Made by a program: the position numbers and the translations under genes
From: a candidate division WWE3 bacterium
GTDB lineage: Bacteria; Patescibacteriota; WWE3; UBA101185; UBA10185
DNA: 64,000 nt
Direction of reading: 5' to 3'
NCBI GenBank assembly: GCA_016182565.1
Contig: JACPGI010000004.1
Coordinates: 174,775-238,774 of the forward strand
The notes under the pieces: model-generated
What the model saw: only the letters and a program-made list of their open reading frames with translations
Database searches by the model: none
What the model was told of the DNA's origin: nothing
In this document: one piece after another, positions 1 through 9,595 of the stretch
Layout of the letters: each line of letters starts with the position of its first letter
Numbering within the stretch: position 1 is the first letter of the stretch

Positions 1-1154
1 AAATCCTCAATGCCTTCATTTAAGTTTGCTTTTACAGGTAAGTTCGGGTCGTACACAAAACCTGCAAACGATTGGTTTTCTTCGATAGCATAAGTTTCTG
101 CCATATGCTCCCTGTACTGTTCGTGAATTGCTTTTATGTCTTCCTTCAATTTATTAAGTTGTCTTAAGTCAAAACTTGAAATATCTTTTTCTAGGTTTAG
201 ATCAAACTTAATAGCCATCTCCTCTCTAAATACTAGCTTATAAATAAGATCTCGTACTGTGCCGTAGTTAATATCAAAAATACCAAGTTTTGGAAACAGT
301 GTAGAAAGATATCCTACTAGTATTTGGTTTTTTGCTATCAGAATTGATCTATTTGCGTGAATTAAATCTGGAAAGTTAAAAAAGATATGAGAAAGCTTGT
401 GAATTGCTACTGTGCTTTTACCACTTCCGACTGTTCCTTGAACGATACAAACCTGCCTTGGATCCGCTTCTATTATTTCATGTTGATTTTCCTGAATTGT
501 TTCAACAATATCTTCCAAAACTCCCCCGGTACGTTCGGATATCTTATCAGCAATTATTTCGCTTTCGTCAAGCTTAATGTCGTTATTGTAGAATTTGATG
601 AGCTCACCATTGTCTATCTCAAATGTCCTTTTAAGTAATAAGTCGGTTTTGACTATCCCGTCAGGGGTTTCATAAACTACACCTTTTTGTGGATATCTAT
701 ACCTGTAATAGATAGAAGCTACTTTTGAACGCCAATCTAAAACTAATGGTTTATCTTCTTCTGTATAACCAAATTTACCTATGTAATGTGTACTGTGATT
801 AAGATCTACTTTTTTATCACCCCTTAAGTTTTTTGTATCGCCATTTGTAATATCAATTCTTGAAAAATAAGGCTCTTTAGCTAAGTTTGTAAGTTCCTCA
901 AGCCTTTTGTACTTATCGGGAATATTAAAAGCGTCACTTTTATTTTTTAACATATCCATAAACTGCAAAAAGTCTGATGAGTTGGCAGCTGGATTGTCAC
1001 GAAGTTCTTTTAGTTTATCTAAATTAAAAGCCCCAAGTGCCTTCATTGCGCTTTCTAAGGTATCTTTTGCCTTGGAAACTTTTACTATTACCTGCTTTAA
1101 GTGGGTGTTTTCATGAATAAGTTCAGTATCTTGTGTTGTATTATTTATTTTCAT
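1..1154 (-). CDS. UvrD/HelD-like superfamily 1 DNA helicase, N-terminal part (gene continues beyond window start)
   Basis: My own reverse-strand translation is stop-free from an ATG at 1152-1154 to position 1. The product begins MKINNTTQDTELIHE... and carries the HelD-type N-terminal motif YFSRIDITNGD...HYIGKFG...VLDWRSKVASIYY and the Walker A motif GTVGSGKST. It is missing from the ORF track, presumably because its stop lies outside the window. Confidence 0.6.
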   Translation of the reverse strand, partial: MKINNTTQDTELIHENTHLKQVIVKVSKAKDTLESAMKALGAFNLDKLKELRDNPAANSSDFLQFMDMLKNKSDAFNIPDKYKRLEELTNLAKEPYFSRIDITNGDTKNLRGDKKVDLNHSTHYIGKFGYTEEDKPLVLDWRSKVASIYYRYRYPQKGVVYETPDGIVKTDLLLKRTFEIDNGELIKFYNNDIKLDESEIIADKISERTGGVLEDIVETIQENQHEIIEADPRQVCIVQGTVGSGKSTVAIHKLSHIFFNFPDLIHANRSILIAKNQILVGYLSTLFPKLGIFDINYGTVRDLIYKLVFREEMAIKFDLNLEKDISSFDLRQLNKLKEDIKAIHEQYREHMAETYAIEENQSFAGFVYDPNLPVKANLNEGIED

Positions 1155-1830
1155 CAAAGCCCTCCTTTGCAATAAGTACAACAAATTCACCTTTTTCTTT
1201 AATTTTTCTTTGAAGAAGATCGGCTACCCTTCCCCTTAAAACCTCCTCAAAAATTTTAGTTAGTTCTCTTGCAACGCATACAAATCTATTCCCAAGTGCG
1301 GTGTTAATTTCCTCAAGTAAATGCACGATTCTAAATGGTGATTCATAGATTATGATAGTAGAATCAAGTTTTCCGTATTGCTGTAGGATCTCTTTTCTGT
1401 GTAACTTACTTTTTGGTAAAAATCCAATAAAAGTAAATTTATCAGATGGAAGTCCTGAGATGCTTAATGCTGAAATAACTGCGGAAGGCCCCGGAATACT
1501 TATTACCTTAAAGTTTTCTGATAGAAGCCTAGCAACTAATTTAAACCCCGGATCTGAGATAACAGGGGTTCCTGAGTCTGTAACTAAGGCTAGATTAACC
1601 CCTTCTTCAAGCATTTTTATAATGTCGTTAATTATTGAATCGTGGTTTTGGTCTCGATATGATCTTTGGTGTGTTTTTATCTCGTATTTATCAAAAACCT
1701 TCTTGGTTTCTCTAGTATCCTCGGAGAGCACAATATCAACACTTTTTAGCACCTCTATTGCTCTTAGGGTTATATCAGTTAAATTACCAATTGGGGTTGA
1801 AACTACATATAAAGCTCCGCGTTCAGACAT
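1141..1830 (-). CDS. rsmI: 16S rRNA (cytidine1402-2'-O)-methyltransferase, tetrapyrrole-methylase fold
   Basis: 229 aa. The N-terminus GALYVVSTPIGNLTDIT and the overall RsmI/TP-methylase architecture match. Confidence 0.8.
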   Translation of the reverse strand: MSERGALYVVSTPIGNLTDITLRAIEVLKSVDIVLSEDTRETKKVFDKYEIKTHQRSYRDQNHDSIINDIIKMLEEGVNLALVTDSGTPVISDPGFKLVARLLSENFKVISIPGPSAVISALSISGLPSDKFTFIGFLPKSKLHRKEILQQYGKLDSTIIIYESPFRIVHLLEEINTALGNRFVCVARELTKIFEEVLRGRVADLLQRKIKEKGEFVVLIAKEGFDENK

Positions 1831-1855
1831 TGTTCTATTTTAACACAGCGGCGCA

Positions 1856-2614
1856 TCACTCTTTTTGATTTGCGTAAAATTCCTCCGCCATCTTCCAAAA
1901 CATCTCCGGGCCTTTTTGGTCGGCTGCACATTCAGCAGCTTCTGCCATCTTCTGAGCTTCTGGGTGGGCTTGTCTTAGAGGAAAGTGTCTATATATCCAA
2001 AGTACATTATCAACTTTTGTAAGCATAGATCCTGTTTGATGAAATTTAGCACAGTACGGGCACTCTAAATCTGAGTATTCAATTAAAACTATGTCTGCAT
2101 CCGGATTTCCCATTTTATGATCATCATCCCCAACTACAGGAAGATTGGGAAATTTTTCAACAACAAGTTTAACTTTTTTATCATCACTTTCAAAAGCGAT
2201 ATCACCTTCTTTTGCGTTTGAATCACGTAATTTTTTGATAGATGTTACTAATATCTCATATGGGTATGATCCTGGAGCAAAAACCCCAAGACCGGTATTT
2301 TTATTAAAAAGGTAGTTTGCTGGTGTACCGGAAATATTTAATTTTCTTGCGTCATCATAATTAGAATTTACTTTTGAGGTAAATTTAGCTTCGTCTAAAC
2401 ACTGTTTTAATTTGGCTTTATCAAGTTCAAATTTATCTGCTATCTCAGAAAGACCTGTGATAGGAAATTCAATAAGTGCGGTTTTACATTTTTCACCGCA
2501 AGCTTCTTCTAGTTTTGTCACTTGTCTTCCAAGCTTTACGCTTTGAGAATAAAAATAAATAGAAAAACCAGCAAGTGTTAGCATAATTAATTTTTGATAT
2601 ATGTTTTTTTCCAT
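1856..2614 (-). CDS. DsbA-like thiol:disulfide oxidoreductase (thioredoxin fold), membrane-anchored
   Basis: It has an N-terminal TM helix, a CPYC active-site motif and a C-terminal thioredoxin-like region. Confidence 0.7.
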   Translation of the reverse strand: MEKNIYQKLIMLTLAGFSIYFYSQSVKLGRQVTKLEEACGEKCKTALIEFPITGLSEIADKFELDKAKLKQCLDEAKFTSKVNSNYDDARKLNISGTPANYLFNKNTGLGVFAPGSYPYEILVTSIKKLRDSNAKEGDIAFESDDKKVKLVVEKFPNLPVVGDDDHKMGNPDADIVLIEYSDLECPYCAKFHQTGSMLTKVDNVLWIYRHFPLRQAHPEAQKMAEAAECAADQKGPEMFWKMAEEFYANQKE

Positions 2615-2667
2615 GCGAAAACTGTAACTAGGATATTGATAGGTGTCAATCTTTAGTTTCTTCGTTT

Positions 2668-2886
2668 TTACTTTTTGTGACTTTCCAACTCCGAAGTAAT
2701 TGTACCCTTAAGCGCTTTTTCTCCACCCGGCGTATTAAGTGCGAAAAGCAGCGATTCAAGTGCATCATTATTTTCTCTTAGGTTTACAAGCTCTTGAGAA
2801 TCTAGCGTCTCATTTTGGGGATTAGATTCGCGTAATTGCCCTTTTTCATTATTAGATCTAGATGAGTTTTGTGCTTTGTTTATCAT
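2668..2886 (-). CDS. hypothetical small polar protein
   Basis: 72-aa ORF sitting between dsbA-like and the transglycosylase; no recognisable motif. Confidence 0.3.
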   Translation of the reverse strand: MINKAQNSSRSNNEKGQLRESNPQNETLDSQELVNLRENNDALESLLFALNTPGGEKALKGTITSELESHKK

Positions 2887-2890
2887 AAAA

Positions 2891-3595
2891 TTAACCTAAG
2901 AACTCTCCTGCCTTATTAAACCATTTTTGGAACTTTTGTACATGACCATGTGTGGGATTAGAAAATGGACTCCCCGCATTGTATGCAGTTACAAGCTGCT
3001 CATTGCTTAAATCTTCACCAAACATAGCTTTATTTTTTACATAGTACCTTCCTATAAGATCGATATTTACCTCGGGGTCATATAAATCCTCTTTCTGGCC
3101 CTCAAAACCAATCCACCTCGCAGTTCGAAAAAGAATTTGGCCTAAACCGTAACTTGAATCATTTATGTGGGGTTCATATCTTAGTGCATAGGTATTTCCT
3201 CCCGATTCAATCATAATTGTTGCAAAAATAAGTTTGGGGTCGAGTTTATATTTTTTGGCTACTCTATCTATGATGTGACCATATCTTTTATAAACAAGTT
3301 CTCCTTTTTCTTCTTCAGACTTACCCATAAGTTCCCCGACTTGAATTATTTTTGTTTCTATAGACATTGGGGCAAGTTTTTCTGGTCTATTAATCCCCCT
3401 TGCATTTGATATGGGAGTTATATACGAGGCAAAAAGTACTACAACAGCAATAGCTATTGCAGAAAAGTAAGCTTTAAGGTCAGTAGGATCAATATTATTT
3501 TCGACCATCCAAAGATAGAAATCCTTGTGTTTTGCTTTTAAAAGCTCGACAAGAAGTTTTTGGCGATTTTTTAAATAATCAAGCTCAGCATTCAT
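2891..3595 (-). CDS. lytic transglycosylase (SLT domain) protein
   Basis: Contains the SLT motif ESGGN...YGLGQIL and an N-terminal TM helix. Confidence 0.75.
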   Translation of the reverse strand: MNAELDYLKNRQKLLVELLKAKHKDFYLWMVENNIDPTDLKAYFSAIAIAVVVLFASYITPISNARGINRPEKLAPMSIETKIIQVGELMGKSEEEKGELVYKRYGHIIDRVAKKYKLDPKLIFATIMIESGGNTYALRYEPHINDSSYGLGQILFRTARWIGFEGQKEDLYDPEVNIDLIGRYYVKNKAMFGEDLSNEQLVTAYNAGSPFSNPTHGHVQKFQKWFNKAGEFLG

Positions 3596-3632
3596 ACAAT
3601 TAATAGTAGCCTATTTACGATATAATTTCATA

Positions 3633-4235
3633 ATGATTTTTACGCACGCATTCGCAGGTGCAATTCTTGGAAAATACTTGAAAGAAAAGATGCAAATAGA
3701 AGATGTTGTTGGTGAAAAAGAAACCACCACTACATCAAAGTCGCTAACTAGAAATGTTTCTTTAATTTACTTCTTTTCTATCTTAGGCTCTATTTTTCCC
3801 GATTTCGACTTACTTCTTTTGGTATTTAATCAAACCTTACACCATAGGTATCTAGTTACACATAGTCTTGTACTTTATTCAATGTTTTTTTGTGTAGCAT
3901 TACTATTTAGGAAGAAATTTAATATTAGATTTATACCGTATTTCTATTTGGGAGTTTGCCTACACTTATTATTGGATTTCTTTGCGGGAGGAATAGTGCT
4001 TTTTGCACCAGTTTCTTATAAATTATTTGGGATGCAATTTAGGTACTTTGGCAGTGCAAAAATTAATTTTGTGGATATGTACTTTAAATCAAACTATATG
4101 CTTTTTGAGCTTGGGTTATTTTTTTCTTATATACTTTTCGTCTTTCAAAAAGAAACTAATTTCATAGCCAGAAAGCTACCTTTTATATTACTTATTGTTT
4201 CAATTGTTACGCTTGGGATTTTTGTAGTTTTATAA
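3633..4235 (+). CDS. membrane-bound metal-dependent hydrolase-like protein (YdjM/DUF457-like)
   Basis: Polytopic membrane protein with His-rich segments (LHHRYLVTHS). Confidence 0.45.
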   Translation: MIFTHAFAGAILGKYLKEKMQIEDVVGEKETTTTSKSLTRNVSLIYFFSILGSIFPDFDLLLLVFNQTLHHRYLVTHSLVLYSMFFCVALLFRKKFNIRFIPYFYLGVCLHLLLDFFAGGIVLFAPVSYKLFGMQFRYFGSAKINFVDMYFKSNYMLFELGLFFSYILFVFQKETNFIARKLPFILLIVSIVTLGIFVVL

Positions 4236-4268
4236 AACATAGCATTAATTAATCTGTATAATTTACCT

Positions 4269-5363
4269 ATGAAAATACTTGTAACTGGTGCCGCAGGTTT
4301 TATAGGAAGTTATGTTTCAAGGGCATTAATATGGCGAGGTGATGAGGTAGTAGGTATCGATAATTTTAATGATTATTATCCAAGAAAATGTAAAGAATTT
4401 AATATAAATTTAACTGACTTGGCTGCTAAAAATCCACCGACTTTTCAAAACAAAGGCGATTCAGAAAATATAGTTAAAGTTTTTGACAAGTTAAAAAACT
4501 ATCACGGATTAACTACTCTCAGTAAAATTAAATTAGGAAAATTTGTCTTTAAAGAACTTGATATTATAGATTTTGATAAACTCACAAAACTATTTGCAAA
4601 AGAAAAATTTGATGCGGTAATACATCTTGCAGCAATGGCCGGTGTACCACTATCTATTAAAAAACCAAAAGAGTACACACAAGTCAATGTAGATGGCACA
4701 GTAAATCTTGTTACTGCTGGAAAGGACAATGGACTGAAAAAATTTGTGTTTGGTTCATCTTCATCAGTGTATGGAAATCGAGACGATAAAAAAGTTACAG
4801 AAGAAGATGATGTGATGCACCCAGTTTCTCCATATGGAGCTTCTAAAGTAGCGGGAGAGGTTTTATTACACTCGGCAAGTAAAGTTTATAAAATTGATGT
4901 TGTAATAGCTAGAATTTTTGGACCAATTTATGGACCTCTCCAAAGACCATATGGCATGTTTATGCAAAGAGCAATTAACTATGTATACAACAATAAAACT
5001 GTACAAGTTTATGGTAGGAAAGGGCTTGACTCTGCAAAAGACAGTACTTATATAGATGATCAAGTTAACGGGCTTTTGAAATGCCTTGATTACAAAACTA
5101 AGTTTGATGTTTTCAATATTGGCACATCTGATCCAAAATCAATTAAAGATTGGTTTTATGCGATTGAAAAAAACTACGGTAGAAAAGTAAACTACGAAAT
5201 AATAAATGTTGATAAGGGAGACGTTGCATCATCTGCAGACATTTCAAAAGCAAGAATGTTATTAGGATATGCACCCAAAGTATCTCTTGATGAAGGAGTT
5301 GCAAGACAAATTGAGGTTTTTAATCTAATGCCTGACTGGTATAAAAAACTCTCTACCGTGTAA
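4269..5363 (+). CDS. NAD-dependent sugar-nucleotide epimerase/dehydratase (SDR family)
   Basis: Carries the TGAAGFIGS Rossmann motif and the catalytic SPYGASK (YxxxK) motif. Confidence 0.8.
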   Translation: MKILVTGAAGFIGSYVSRALIWRGDEVVGIDNFNDYYPRKCKEFNINLTDLAAKNPPTFQNKGDSENIVKVFDKLKNYHGLTTLSKIKLGKFVFKELDIIDFDKLTKLFAKEKFDAVIHLAAMAGVPLSIKKPKEYTQVNVDGTVNLVTAGKDNGLKKFVFGSSSSVYGNRDDKKVTEEDDVMHPVSPYGASKVAGEVLLHSASKVYKIDVVIARIFGPIYGPLQRPYGMFMQRAINYVYNNKTVQVYGRKGLDSAKDSTYIDDQVNGLLKCLDYKTKFDVFNIGTSDPKSIKDWFYAIEKNYGRKVNYEIINVDKGDVASSADISKARMLLGYAPKVSLDEGVARQIEVFNLMPDWYKKLSTV

Positions 5364-5414
5364 AACCTTGTTTTTAACTAGAATCTTTTTCCATAAAAGT
5401 TAATAACCTTATAG

Positions 5415-5444
5415 TTACACATTTTATTCAAACGGCTGTATAAT
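5415..5444 (+). promoter_or_regulatory. putative sigma70 promoter (TTACAC-N18-TGTATAAT) upstream of the GC-rich SH3b gene
   Basis: -35-like TTACAC at about 5415-5420 and TG-TATAAT at 5437-5444. The tandem 12-mer GGCCAAAATTCA x2 (5458-5481) and the RBS AAGGAG follow. Confidence 0.4.
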
Positions 5445-5505
5445 CCCAAAATTAAAGGCCAAAATTCAGGCCAAAATTCAGACCAAAAAAACAAAAGGAG
5501 ATTGT

Positions 5506-6117
5506 ATGAGCAAGCAAAAGTTTATTGATGTAGTGTTTGGCTTTTCGTTGGCGTTGATTTTGTTTATGCTTCTTTTTTGGTCTCTGCCCTACTTTGGGTA
5601 CACCATCACATTGACGCAAACAGCGCCTGTAAAGCCAATTGTCGTTGACCTGGGCGCGGAAATGCCCACTGCGGCAGATGCACAAACGCTGCCTGCGGCA
5701 ACTACAACGGCAACTGTCACTCCCTCTTCAACGGCTACAGTTTTCCCATCAACAGCATGTAATGTGTGGAAGCTAAAAGCCGGGGGAGCAACATTATATT
5801 CTGAACCTGACGGAGACACCGCAACTCAAATCTCAGTTTCATCAAGTCCTGATGCTGCGACTGTATGCATTCAGGCTATCAAAGGCAACTGGGTAAAAGT
5901 TACGGTGTGGGCGGTAAATATCGGGAATAAGAATGAACCCCACCGTGCCTACGATGGGTGGATATATATCACCAGGCTGGAAGGCTTCGATGACGAGGCT
6001 GGGAAGATAAAACCTGAGGAAAGACTTGTTCTTGGAATCCCAACGTACTTTTCCGGAGCACTCCCGACAATGATCCCGCCTCCTGAAGTTACTATGACCC
6101 CATCACCAAGTCCCTAG
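5506..6117 (+). CDS. membrane-anchored Thr/Ala/Pro-rich protein with SH3b-like domain; compositionally foreign (GC well above local average)
   Basis: N-terminal TM helix, a TTTATVTPSSTATV low-complexity linker, an SH3b-like region (ATLYSEPDGDT...GNWVKVTVW...GWIYITRLEGF) and a Pro-rich C-terminus. Confidence 0.6.
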   Translation: MSKQKFIDVVFGFSLALILFMLLFWSLPYFGYTITLTQTAPVKPIVVDLGAEMPTAADAQTLPAATTTATVTPSSTATVFPSTACNVWKLKAGGATLYSEPDGDTATQISVSSSPDAATVCIQAIKGNWVKVTVWAVNIGNKNEPHRAYDGWIYITRLEGFDDEAGKIKPEERLVLGIPTYFSGALPTMIPPPEVTMTPSPSP

Positions 6118-6153
6118 CCAAGCCCATCTCCGTGATTAACCGTTAAGTAGAAC

Positions 6154-6180
6154 TAGCCCAGCGATCTCTCAACTGGGCTA
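6154..6180 (+). terminator. stem-loop (TAGCCCAG-N11-CTGGGCTA) shortly after stop of 5506..6117
   Basis: 8-bp perfect inverted repeat seen directly; the downstream U-tract is weak. Confidence 0.4.
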
Positions 6181-6647
6181 GTCTATAAATTTAAATTTCG
6201 GAATTTGTAAAAAAATATCAAAATGCTAAACTACAAAACAAAAAAAAGCTAATAGTGTAAATCCACAGTTGGAAAATAAACGCATTTCATGTCAAGGCAC
6301 AAAATGCGTTTATATCTAGAAACAAGGCTCAGGAAAATCAAAACTCACAGTCTTGTCAGCGAGGTATGGTACTGCAGTATATCTGCATACACATGCCATC
6401 TTAAAGCCGTCAGTACCGTGGCAAATCACTTTAGCCTCGTTTCCATCTAATATATGGGTTGTTCCAACCCCCCCACCCTAAAGAATCAAGATATCTTGTC
6501 ACCCAAACAAGCAGATCATTAGATACCACAGCAACCTCCTACAATACGCAGAGTTTTTTTAAATCTACTCTAGAATATTTTGCAGTTCAATAGCTACTAA
6601 TAGTTTGGGGTTTAGGAAGTAAAATTGCAATAAAGTATAATCTGTAG

Positions 6648-7400
6648 TTGACTAAGATTATGAACATTCCGATGCAAAAAAATACAATAAATTCGATCAA
6701 ATATTTAGATAAAATTATAGAATTCGAAACTTTTTACAGTGATAGACTAAAGACCATAAAAATTTCAATCGATCCAAGTAAAAAAATACGAGTTTATGCA
6801 CCAAAAAACACTCCTGTGATAAATATGGGGGAAATAGTAAAAAATAAAGGTATGTGGATACTCAAAAAATTTAGTTATTTTGACTCATTAAATGTTGAGC
6901 CAAAAAACCTTGAATTTAAAAATGGAGAAACGCATTTTTACTTAGGGGTCGCTTACGTGCTAAATATAGTGCAAGGAACAGCGACAAAAGTATACCTGGA
7001 AGATAAAAAATTAGTTGTAGTAAGTACAAACTTCACGAACGAATTATTTACAAAGAAACTAATTGATAATTGGTACTGGGAGAATGCCAAAACTCTATTT
7101 GAGAATGAATTGAATAATAAATTCTTGGAATTTAACGTGTATAACTTAGCAAAACCAATAATGACAGTTGAAAGATTAAAGAAAAAATGGGGTCAGTGCA
7201 GTAGTAAAGGACATATTAAATTGAATAAGGAGTTAGTCAAACTACCCTTAGAATGTTTAAATTACGTTATCGTGCATGAACTCTGTCATCTTATTGAACA
7301 TAATCACAGCCCAAGATTTTATAAACTTTTAGGAAAACACTATCCTGACTGGAAGAAACAAAAAGAAAAATTGAATAATTTTAGGTTAAAACTAATATAA
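6648..7400 (+). CDS. YgjP/DUF45-family predicted metal-dependent hydrolase
   Basis: C-terminal HELCHLIEHNHSPRFYKLL zincin-like motif, typical of DUF45. Confidence 0.7.
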   Translation: MTKIMNIPMQKNTINSIKYLDKIIEFETFYSDRLKTIKISIDPSKKIRVYAPKNTPVINMGEIVKNKGMWILKKFSYFDSLNVEPKNLEFKNGETHFYLGVAYVLNIVQGTATKVYLEDKKLVVVSTNFTNELFTKKLIDNWYWENAKTLFENELNNKFLEFNVYNLAKPIMTVERLKKKWGQCSSKGHIKLNKELVKLPLECLNYVIVHELCHLIEHNHSPRFYKLLGKHYPDWKKQKEKLNNFRLKLI

Positions 7401-8465
7401 CAGTTTGTATATACCAACTCTTACAGTCTTCACAACTTTTCTTATCGTAATTGCAAAGAGTAAAAACACAAATATATATAGAAGGGTAGCTATGTAAGCA
7501 GGCATAAATTTATATAAGAAATCGAAATGATACGTAAGTGGCCACTGAATTAAATAGATCTCATATGAGTAAATACCAATTAAAGAAAAAAACCTAGATT
7601 CTAAATTTTTCAATTGAATCAAAAAATACAAAGAGAACATAGAAATTAAACTAAAAAGTTGTTCACTAAAAACACTTTTACCAACACTAGAATTTATAGC
7701 TGTATAACAAAAAATACAAAACAAAACTAGCATTATTGAAAATTTCCATAAATAGTTTACGCCTAAGGATAAGGGATGTTTTAAACTAGCAAGTAGCATA
7801 CCAAGCGGAAATGCGTATAGATGTAATAGATAAAGTTTATGAACATCTTTAGTTACAGGAAGAGGAAGTTGAACAAGTAAATAACTTGCAGCAAATATAA
7901 TAACCGCGGATATAAATGGGTACTTTCTTGAAAACAAAATAGGAAATATTAAATAATAAAAAACAATAAAAGAGAAATACCAAAGAGGTGAATTTAGACT
8001 AGTGTAAATATCGGCAACAGGAAAAAATCCTATATAACTACTCAGGATATCCTTAACTACTGGAATCTGTTTTAATATCAAAAAATTAGCTAAGTACAAA
8101 ACAGAGATAGCAATCCACATCGGCAAATAAATATTTGAGAATCTTTTCCTATAAAACTGAGAAATACTAAGTTTTGTTCTGATTGCAGACGCAGTTAAAC
8201 CATATCCTGATAAAAATAGAAAAAGATTTACCCCAACCCCAGCAAATACTGAAAGTGGAAATAGAAATCTAGTGTCTTTAGCTAAGTAGTAACCGGTATG
8301 TGCAAATATAACCATCAAAATAGCAATACCACGCAATTCGTATGAATTTGATTTGATATATTTGCTTTGTTTAGGTTTCTTCGTGGTAGTTAAAATAACT
8401 ACAAAAAACAAAAGTAAAGAAAATAATATTGTTTGTAGAACAGGATTTGGTGTATCAATCATCAT
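7392..8465 (-). CDS. acyltransferase family 3 (AT3) membrane O-acyltransferase
   Basis: Polytopic; ELRGIAILMVIFAH hallmark of Acyl_transf_3. Confidence 0.75.
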   Translation of the reverse strand: MMIDTPNPVLQTILFSLLLFFVVILTTTKKPKQSKYIKSNSYELRGIAILMVIFAHTGYYLAKDTRFLFPLSVFAGVGVNLFLFLSGYGLTASAIRTKLSISQFYRKRFSNIYLPMWIAISVLYLANFLILKQIPVVKDILSSYIGFFPVADIYTSLNSPLWYFSFIVFYYLIFPILFSRKYPFISAVIIFAASYLLVQLPLPVTKDVHKLYLLHLYAFPLGMLLASLKHPLSLGVNYLWKFSIMLVLFCIFCYTAINSSVGKSVFSEQLFSLISMFSLYFLIQLKNLESRFFSLIGIYSYEIYLIQWPLTYHFDFLYKFMPAYIATLLYIFVFLLFAITIRKVVKTVRVGIYKLLY

Positions 8466-9210
8466 TTAAAAATTGTCCCCATAAGTTGTATCCATAACCG
8501 GACGGATGATATAAGTCAGATGAGTAGTACTTATCATCGTTTTTTGCGTGTTTCAATGTAGTGCTGTATAAATCAAATACCTTAATCCTGCCTGTATCTC
8601 TAAGAGCTACTTCGTATATCACTGAATTAAATTTCTTGGTTCTAAACTCCATATATTGACTAAACGGTGGTAATACCAGATAACGAGATCCAATATAAGG
8701 AATTGTCAATAAATTAATCTTTGCGTCTGTGCTTGCAAGTAAAGTATCTACAATAAATTCATAATTAGTCTTAAAATTAACGGTGCTTTTCTTGTTGTGA
8801 ATATCATTTACCCCTATTAATAAAGTAATTACATTAGGTTTGGCTTCAATTGCCTTCTGCAATTGCATTGTAATAACCTCATCCGTCCTTGCACCAGGTA
8901 TTCCAAAATTTGATACCTCAACCTCACTATGTTTTTGAGCTAGCTTCTGAGCAAACCTATAAACATAAGTATCAACTACTGTGTCACTTCCTACCCCGGC
9001 AGTTAGACTATCGCCTAATGCTACATATTTTAAAGATAGGGGATTTTCAGTAATAGAAAATTCCTTTCTGCTATCTAATATAAAAGAGTTTTTAATATAA
9101 GGGCTTTTCAAACTTTTATAACCAATAAAATGATAGAAACCTACATAAATAACGAGTAAATAGCCAAGAATTAAAACTAAAATTAATGCAGTATTCATGA
9201 ATAATTTCAC
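8455..9210 (-). CDS. SGNH/GDSL hydrolase-family protein
   Basis: GDSL block YVALGDSLTAG plus an N-terminal TM helix. It overlaps the AT3 gene by 11 nt on the same strand. Confidence 0.75.
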   Translation of the reverse strand: MKLFMNTALILVLILGYLLVIYVGFYHFIGYKSLKSPYIKNSFILDSRKEFSITENPLSLKYVALGDSLTAGVGSDTVVDTYVYRFAQKLAQKHSEVEVSNFGIPGARTDEVITMQLQKAIEAKPNVITLLIGVNDIHNKKSTVNFKTNYEFIVDTLLASTDAKINLLTIPYIGSRYLVLPPFSQYMEFRTKKFNSVIYEVALRDTGRIKVFDLYSTTLKHAKNDDKYYSSDLYHPSGYGYNLWGQFLNDD

Positions 9211-9298
9211 TCAAAAATTATACCTTAAATTTGCCTGTAGCCTCAAAAGTACTACTAGTATGGTACCAAGTGAGGCCTAAAGCATTTGAATTTTGTGA

Positions 9299-9547
9299 CT
9301 AACTTCTTAACATTCGACCAATATATATCACTACTACTGCACCAAATACTGCAACTAAAAAGCTGTATAGGTTAAAGCCTGTAATACCTGTTTGGCCAAC
9401 CAAACTCATTATAAAACCACCAACAATAGCACCAATTACACCCATCACTATATCTAGCATGGTATCTTGATTTGAGTTGGTGTTCATAATTACTGAAGCT
9501 GCCCAACCTGAAATTGCCCCAAAAACTATCCAAAGAAGAATTCCCAT
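9299..9547 (-). CDS. GlsB/YeaQ/YmgE-family small membrane protein
   Basis: 82 aa; GILLWIVFGAISGWAAS...GVIGAIVGGF pattern. Confidence 0.7.
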   Translation of the reverse strand: MGILLWIVFGAISGWAASVIMNTNSNQDTMLDIVMGVIGAIVGGFIMSLVGQTGITGFNLYSFLVAVFGAVVVIYIGRMLRS

Positions 9548-9595
9548 TTTTACTCACATCCTTACATAACTTAGCACTTAACTACTTAGTCAAAC

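Noticed and set aside
387-1116. Track ORFs 387..638(+) and 907..1116(+)
   Set aside because: They lie antisense to the continuous HelD-like reading frame on the minus strand (1..1154). They have low-complexity, non-protein-like composition and are interpreted as shadow ORFs.
1352-1843. 163-aa plus-strand ORF inside rsmI
   Set aside because: It is fully antisense to a confidently identified rsmI and has no motifs.
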